Assembly (NCBI GenBank): GCA_005222965.1
Contig: NJBG01000001.1
Coordinates: forward strand, 270,323-334,322
Direction: 5' to 3'
Length of the DNA stretch: 64,000 nucleotides
Source: Candidatus Woesearchaeota archaeon B3_Woes
Lineage (GTDB): Archaea; Nanobdellota; Nanobdellia; Woesearchaeales; B3-WOES
The notes below the pieces were generated by a model. The model was given only the letters and a program-made list of their open reading frames with translations. It had not been told where the DNA came from and searched no databases. The translations under genes and the position numbers were made by a program. Of this stretch, positions 56,517 through 64,000 are shown piece after piece. Positions within the stretch are counted from its first letter, which is position 1. Every line of letters begins with the position of its first letter.

Positions 56517-59500
56517 GGCAAAAAAAATAACGGAAAATAGAATAATTACAATAGCAGCTCTACTAACAGTTATCTTTGGCTTCTTTATGATAAAGGCCTC
56601 TATAACTGGTTTTGTTGTTTTTGAAGGAGATAATATTTATACAGATGAAGTTGATATTAATATTATTTCTGATACTTTCTACACTTGGATACCTAATCAA
56701 GAAGGCCCATTAATATCCTTAGGAATTTCAGGATATCTAGAAGGAGATTCTGCTGAAGTTTATTTAGGAGATAAACTAATTTATTCCTCAGGTAAATTAA
56801 ATAGAACTTCTGTTACGGTTAGTAATGGTTCTGGAGAGATTTTACTTGAATTTAATTATGGTGATAATGAAGGTTATGACAACAATAATGATGGTGTTAG
56901 TTATATAGAAAATGTAATTGATTATGAAGTTAAAGGTATATTTGATTTTGATGTTAATTATTCTAAATTATGTACAAAATATGTTGTTAATAACTTAGAT
57001 GATAATTTAAGCCAACCTGTTTGTTATGGTGATAGTGAATGTTGTAGTTTCCTTAATTTAGAATCTAAGAATGATTTGTGGAATGATAGTTTGTATTTGA
57101 ATTATGGTAAGTATAGTGCAGGTTACAACAATTCTGTATTAGCTCAAATTATTTATTATGATGTTAGTTTAAACGAATCTGATTTACACTCTTACATATA
57201 TAATTCTGAACTTAAGAAATTAGATGCTAATTTTGTAGATAGGATTTACTTTAACATAGAATGTGTTGATACTTGTTCATTACCTTCTTATTCAGATGAA
57301 TTTTATGATTTAGAAGTTAAAGTTGATGGTTTAGTGCATATATCTAATGTTAGTTATAGTTTAGAGAAAGTTGAAAAAGTCGATATTACTACAACAGTTT
57401 CTACAAAACAATATGATGCTGTTCTAGGAAAACCAGTTAAATGGCAAAAAAATATTAAAGTAAACATTAAGAAGAATAAAGTATTAAACAACTTAACAAT
57501 CGATGTTCCTAGCATAGCTGAAAATATTTCTGTCAATAAAATAGATGCTAAAAAAGGAACACAAAGAGAAGTTTCTGTTAAAGAAGATAAAAAATTAGAG
57601 AAATTAATTAAAAAAGATAAAAAGCTTATTATCGAAGAAGAAATAAAAAATGAAGATGAAGTTATTGTAGAATACTACACAACTGCTCCTTATTCTGAAG
57701 AACAGATTATAGATGATAAAAGTAAAGAAATAATTATAATTGGGCCAGAAGAAGTTCATTATGAAAATGTCTCAGTATCAACTAATCTCCTTATTGAAGT
57801 TAGTGATATTAGCAATGTAAAACTCTATTGGATAATTAATGAAAGCAAAGAACTAGTTAGTTTTGAATCTTATGATTTAGATGGAAATGGATTATATGAC
57901 AATATTGGATGGGTTGTTCCTCACCTATCCAATCAAACTTATGAATTAATAATTGAGATAACTAAAGCAGAGCACTTGGACGAGAATAAAACTTTCATCT
58001 CTGATATTTATGAAGAAGTAAAAGAGTTAGATGATGTTTGGAGTGAAACAATTCCTTCAGAAGATTATGTAAGAGTAACTTTTGAGAAAGAATTAGATTC
58101 TTCAAGAGATATAACAATTTATCCAAGAATTGTTAGTGGAACCCCAAGAATTGAAGTTTATGAAGTTGATGGAACAGAACTAATTGCTGAATTTACTAAT
58201 ATTAATTCAGAGGAGTATAATAAAGTTTATCTAACCAATCTTCAAGGAAACCAAGATACTTTTGATTTATTAATATTAGATGGAAGTATTGAAATTGATC
58301 ACATTATTGATCCAACAGAAATATTTTATGAAGATTTTGAGAGTGGGGGATTTGCTACAAATTGGACACAAGATGCTCAAGCAGATTGGTTTGAGGAAGC
58401 AGTTATATCACAATGTGGGGCATCAAAATCTGCAGGAGTTCAGTTTTCAACAGACGCATGGTTACAGACTAAAAATAATTTTTCTTTAGACAGTTATGAT
58501 GATGCAGAATTATCAGCAGCATTATATATTGATGGTTCTTTTATTGCTGGTGAATATCTTTGTATGGATTATTCATGTAATGGTGGAGTTAGTTGGAATA
58601 GAAATGCTACGCAGACAGATGGTGGTGTAGGAGGATTATGTCAGGATGCTACTTTTGATCCACTAGATAGTTGGAGAAATGTTACATTAAATATAACTTC
58701 TGCATGTGGTGTTTTACCATCAAACTTTAAAGTAAGATTTAGGCACTTTGCTGGTAATAAGGATTATGGATATGTTGATTGTGTAAATATAAGTGCTACA
58801 GAAGGAATACAAGATAACAATTACCCAATCTTCTCAAATTACAATGAAAGTCCTGTAAACAACACAGCGTATGTCCAGGGAGCAGACTATAAATTTAATG
58901 TTACTATAACTTCTACGAATGGGACAGCTGGTCTAGACTTTAATGGAACAAACTATACAGCAACTAATATATCAAGTGTATTTAATGTTACTATTAATGA
59001 TTTAGCAGCAGGAGATTATAGTTATTATTGGTGGTCATATGGAAATGGAACAAGCAATAACCCTAATTCATCTGAAACAAGAGGTTATACTGTTGCAAAG
59101 GCAACAGGACAAGTTACATTATACGTGAACAATTCGGAAAGTAACGTAACAATATTTGTAGGAGATAGTATATGGTTGAATGCTACTTTAACAACAGGAG
59201 ATACAGGAAATTTATATTTGTATAATAATGGAACACTAATCAACAATGGAACTTCACCAATCTCAAATGATACACAATTTAATAGTCCTGGATTATATAA
59301 TATATCTGCTTATTATGTTGGAAGTCAAAATTATACAAGTGATTGGTCTTTAACTTGGTGGGTTAATGTAACTGATAATACTCCGCCATATTTCACAGAC
59401 AACACTCCACAAAATCAAACTATAACTTATAATACAGCTTTAAGCTATGACATAAATGCAACAGATGGTGTAGCATTTGATTGTTTTGCTGTTAATGATT

Positions 59501-62500
59501 CAAAATTCAAAATAAATTGTAGTGGTTTTTTGGAAAATAACACATTTTTGTTGGTTAATATTTATTATTTGAACATTACAATCAATGATACATCTAATAA
59601 TCTAAATTCAACTATTATGTTTGTTAATGTTACTCAGGCAACACCAACCTTAACAAAATACCTTAATGGAACAGATGGTAATTTATCTATAACTTATCCT
59701 ACTCAAGTAAATGCTTCTGCTTCTACAACAGGAGGAACTGTAAATATTTATAGAAACGGAACAGAAGTTACAGGTCAAAACAATCAAAATGTCCTTCTTG
59801 CAGCAGGATATTATGAATATGAGTTTAATGTTACAGGAAACCAGAACTACACAGATTTGAGTAGTGTTTTCTTATATGCAAATATTTCAAAAGCAGCTGG
59901 AGAAGTTTTCATGTACATCAATGGTTCAAGAGCAAACTTTACAACTACAAATGCAAGTTCCAAAAATATTTGGTTAAATGCAACTTTAAATTCAGGAACA
60001 GGGGATATAGAATTATGGCTTAATGGGACCCTTTACAATAGTGGTCCTTCACATCTTTCAAATAAAACCAATCTATCAATTGGATTTTATAATGCAACTT
60101 CTGTTTATTCTGGTAATACTAATTACAGTTCTGATACTGAAGTGTGGTGGATTAATGTAACAGTTGCTGTAGCAGACAGTCCACCAGATGTTAGTATAAT
60201 TTATCCTCAAAATATAAATTATAATATAAATGTGAGTGACTTGAATTACACAGCTTCCGATGATATAAATGTGAGTGCTTGTTGGTATAATAATGGTACG
60301 ATAAACTCAACTCCAGATCCAACTTGTTCAAATTTTACAGGTTTAAATTCAAATGAAGGAAATAATACATGGACTGTTTATGTAAATGATACTGAAGGAC
60401 AGGAAAATTCAGATAGTGTGACTTTTTTTAAAGATACAATTTATCCTTTAATAGAATTTGTATTTCCTACAACTGCTGAAGGAAATTACTCTCAAAATTA
60501 TATTACTGCAAATGTAACAGCGACAGATGATAATTTAGATACAATTACAGTTTACCTGTATAATTCAACAACCTTAGTAAATTCTTCAGAAAATTCTACA
60601 TCTCCATTATTTATTAATTTTACAAACTTAAATGATGGAACTTATTACTTGAATGCAACTGTGAACGACACAACGAATAATGAAAACCAAACAGAAAAAA
60701 GGACAATAATTTTAGACGCAACTCCTGTAATAATTTCAAACTTCCAATTTATAGCATTAAACTCTTCAAAAGCTCAAATAGGAACTGATGAAACAGCATT
60801 CAATTTTTCTAATTTAAAAGACATAGAATATATGAATATAAGTTTTACATTAACTGATGGTTCTGGAATAGAAGGAGATATTAAAATATACTTCACAGCT
60901 AATGGAACAAGTGCTTGTTCATTAGGAAATAATCAATCAACTACCTGTTATAATTTTGATTCAGGATCATGGATAGAATTTCAAAATAACACAGATACTT
61001 CAACATTCAGAGACATAGGAGGTTCTGCACAAGGAGATTCAATTAATTGTTTGTATACAGGAAGCTCAACCCAAAGAAATTATACTTGCCAAATAGATGA
61101 GCATTACAATCCAAATGTATGGAAGCATTATCCTCTTAATTTTTCAGATGCAAAGTGGCAATCATTATCAAGTGAAAGAATAAACAAAGGTAATATTTGG
61201 AAAATAGAACTTGATACTTCAAATATTCCTTTGGATGCAGATTTTTGTAAATTAGATTTTAGAGTAAATGCGACTGTAGGAACAACCCCAACACAACAAA
61301 TTTTGGCTTATATGTGTAACTCAACATATACAACAGGCGACCCATCTGTTTCTTCTTATTGTCAGTTAGTTGCAGGAAAATCACCAACAGATTTACAAGA
61401 TGATGGCACAAAATTTAGGGGGTTATTTGCAAAAAACCTGGCAAGCTCTTTAGGAGATATAAAATATGTTTTAATAACATCAGATAGCCCAACATCAAAA
61501 TATTACTCTATGAAAACTTATGGATTTTTAGGTAGTGATTCAGTAAGAACAAGCATAAGCAATAATGGAGGAAGTTCATATACTCCTTTATCTGATGGAT
61601 ATGAAACAGAATTAAATATAAACTGGTTTTATGATTCAACTGATTCAAATTTAACACAAATGGTCTTTAAGATTTATTCTAATGATACTTATGGAAATGA
61701 TGCAAATTCATCTGAACAAATTATGACTTGGAATGTTGGAGAATTAAATCAACCACCGATTGTAGACACAATTGTGCCAGAAATAGGCTCAAATCACCTA
61801 GGAACTATAGAGATAAATTGGACAACAGCAGAGCCAAATGGAGATAGTTATTTAACAAATGTCACTGCAAACAATGGAACAACCATTGAAAACATTGCCT
61901 TGAATTTAGCAGATTCAATCTCTAACACAACTTGGGATACAACAACTGTTTCTGATGGTTTGTGGAATCTTACTGTGGAGAGTTGTGAGAATTCAACAAG
62001 TGATTTATTTTGTGGAAATGATACTCATCAAATTAGGATTGATAATAATCCACCAGATGTTAGTATAATTTATCCAGAAAGCAAGTCATATGCTGGTGAT
62101 GTAACTGACTTAAATTATACAGCTTCTGATGATGGTATACTAGATAGTTGTTGGTATAATAATGGTACAATAAATTCAACTCCAGATCCAACTTGTTCAA
62201 ATTTCACAGGTTTAAATTCAAATGAAGGGTCTAATACATGGACAGTTTATGCTAATGATTCAACAGGGCAGGAAGGTTCAGTTAGTGTAACTTTCATCAA
62301 AGATACTACAAATCCTTTAGTAACTGGTTTAACAGAAAACCCTCTTGATTCGCCAACATATGTTCAGGGGGCAACATATGAATTTAATGCAACAGTTATA
62401 GATAATATAGATGTTGATACTGTTTTATTAGATTTCAACGGAACAAATTATAATGCAACAAATATTACTGAAAATATTTACAACGTTACTATCATAGATC

Positions 62501-64000
62501 TTGCAGTAGGAACCTATAATTATGAATGGTATGCAAATGATACTGTTGGAAATATTAATAACACTGAAACTGGAACTTATACAGTTAACAAAGCAATACC
62601 AACCGGAACTTTAACAAGCTCAGGTGGTTGGACAATTGATTATGGAACTCAAACAACAATAAACTATTCTGAATCTAATAACGGAGATTCTGGTGTTGTT
62701 TATAACATATATAGAGATGGTGTTGATAAAACAGGTGGAGAAACAGTTACACTAGCTGCAGGAAATTATAGTTATGTATTGAACACAACCGGAGGAACTA
62801 ATTATACATCTAATTCAAGTATGGATAATAAAACATTAATTGTTAGTCAAATAGCTTCACAAACAAATCTAACATTTGATTTAGCCACTCCTCAGACTTA
62901 TGGCACATCTATTACTCCAATATGTTCTGTTATAACAGGAGTAGGAACATCTGTTTTAAAGGTAAATGGAACAACAATAACATCTGGAAATCCAATAACT
63001 CTTGGATCTGGAACATGGAGCTTTAATTGTAGCTTAGCAGAAACACAAAATTATACTTATTCACAAAATACTTCAGACTTTACAATCGACCAAGCAACAC
63101 CTCCTTTAAATTTAACAATAACACCAAGTGCTTCTGTTAATTACCCAACACAAACCACTGCAAATGGTTCAGGATGTCCATCACAATTAACTTGTAACTT
63201 ATATAGAAATGATACAGGAAGTGTTGATGAACCAAATGTTGTAACATTGGGTGCAGGAAGTTATAATTATACATATAATACTTCAGGAAATGCAAATTAT
63301 ACAAGCTATAGTGTTTCAGATATTTTGATAGTTAATCAGGCAATACCTACAGGAAATTTAACAAGTTCAGCAGGCTGGACAATAGAAGAAGGAACACAAA
63401 CAACAATAAATTATTCTGAATCTAATAACGGGGATTCTGATGTTGTTTATAAAATTTATAGAGATAATACAGATATTGGTTCTAATGAAACATGGACACC
63501 ATCATTAGGGACTTATAGTTATGTCTTAAATACAACAGGAGGAACCAATTATACTTCAAATTCAAGTATGGATGCTAAAACACTAACTGTTCAAGATAAT
63601 ACATATCCTTTAATTTCAATTGTCTATCCTTCAAATAATTCATATTCATCAGATACAGAATTATATATTAACTATAGTTTTACAGAAACAAATCCTGGTT
63701 TTTGTTGGTGGACTAATAATTCTGGGGTAAACAACTATTCTTTAGCTACTTGTGGAACAAATATAACAACAGAAACATGGAGTGAAGGCGCACATACTAT
63801 AATTATTTATATAAATGATACAAGTGGGAATGAAAATTCAAGTTCTGTAACATTTACTATTGATACTTTTAATCCTTTATTAACAATTGTTGAGCCACAA
63901 AGCATTACATATACAACTTCATCATTAACTATAAATTACAGTGTTTCTGATGATAATTTAGATAGTTGTTGGTATACAGATGATAATGGAGAAACAAACA
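56509..64000 (+). CDS. Second giant cell-surface glycoprotein (>2470 aa, runs off the window; not in ORF track)
   Basis: Frame 1 was translated in full at the 5' end and spot-checked to the window end with no stop seen. N-terminal TM + ITGFVV, AVLGKPVKW, WVVPHLS, IDHIIDP, then many Ig-like modules rich in N-x-S/T. Start uncertain (ACG 56509 or ATG 56587). Confidence 0.85.
60181..63600 (+). repeat. Dispersed intragenic module duplications in the second giant gene
   Basis: ccaccagatgttagtataatttatcc...actccagatccaacttgttcaaattt at ~60181 and ~62050; aactcaaacaacaataaactattctgaatctaataacgg and its near-identical copy at ~62646 and ~63393. Confidence 0.85.

Noticed and set aside
57354..58489. 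Short track ORFs at 57354-57536 and 58280-58489, and similar short antisense ORFs across the window
   Set aside because: They are shadows of longer genuine genes, here the second giant protein.

Overview
AT-rich archaeal chromosomal window, most likely a Woesearchaeota-like DPANN archaeon. This is inferred from NAC, NreA, ABCE1, TrmI, an archaeal SRP RNA, BHB-intron tRNAs, TATA/BRE promoters and the style of the giant surface proteins. It holds housekeeping genes, four tRNAs (Gly, two-intron Arg, Cys, intron-containing Thr) and SRP RNA. It also carries a glmS-GNAT-phosphohexomutase operon and a ~15.5 kb bacterial-type purine operon (purL-Q-D-N-E-M-C-B-H-guaA plus divergent hpt; no purF, purK, purA or guaB here). 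A variable gene patch follows tRNA-Thr, and there is a bacterial-type lgt. The most striking structure occurs twice, ~48 kb apart: an identical TATA context, a pair of locus-specific palindromic operators, a small AbrB-like regulator and a giant surface protein, with the two giants sharing an N-terminal domain. The second giant gene and its regulator are missing from the ORF track, and that giant has no canonical start codon before its signal anchor. Other highlights: a PurM with a duplicated, complementarily degenerated N-domain (possible single-chain pseudo-dimer), a candidate ~55-nt promoter-driven sRNA, single genes bracketed by promoter-containing direct repeats, and an A18/G55 covariation in two tRNAs. 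All family calls come from motif recognition by eye; no searches were run.
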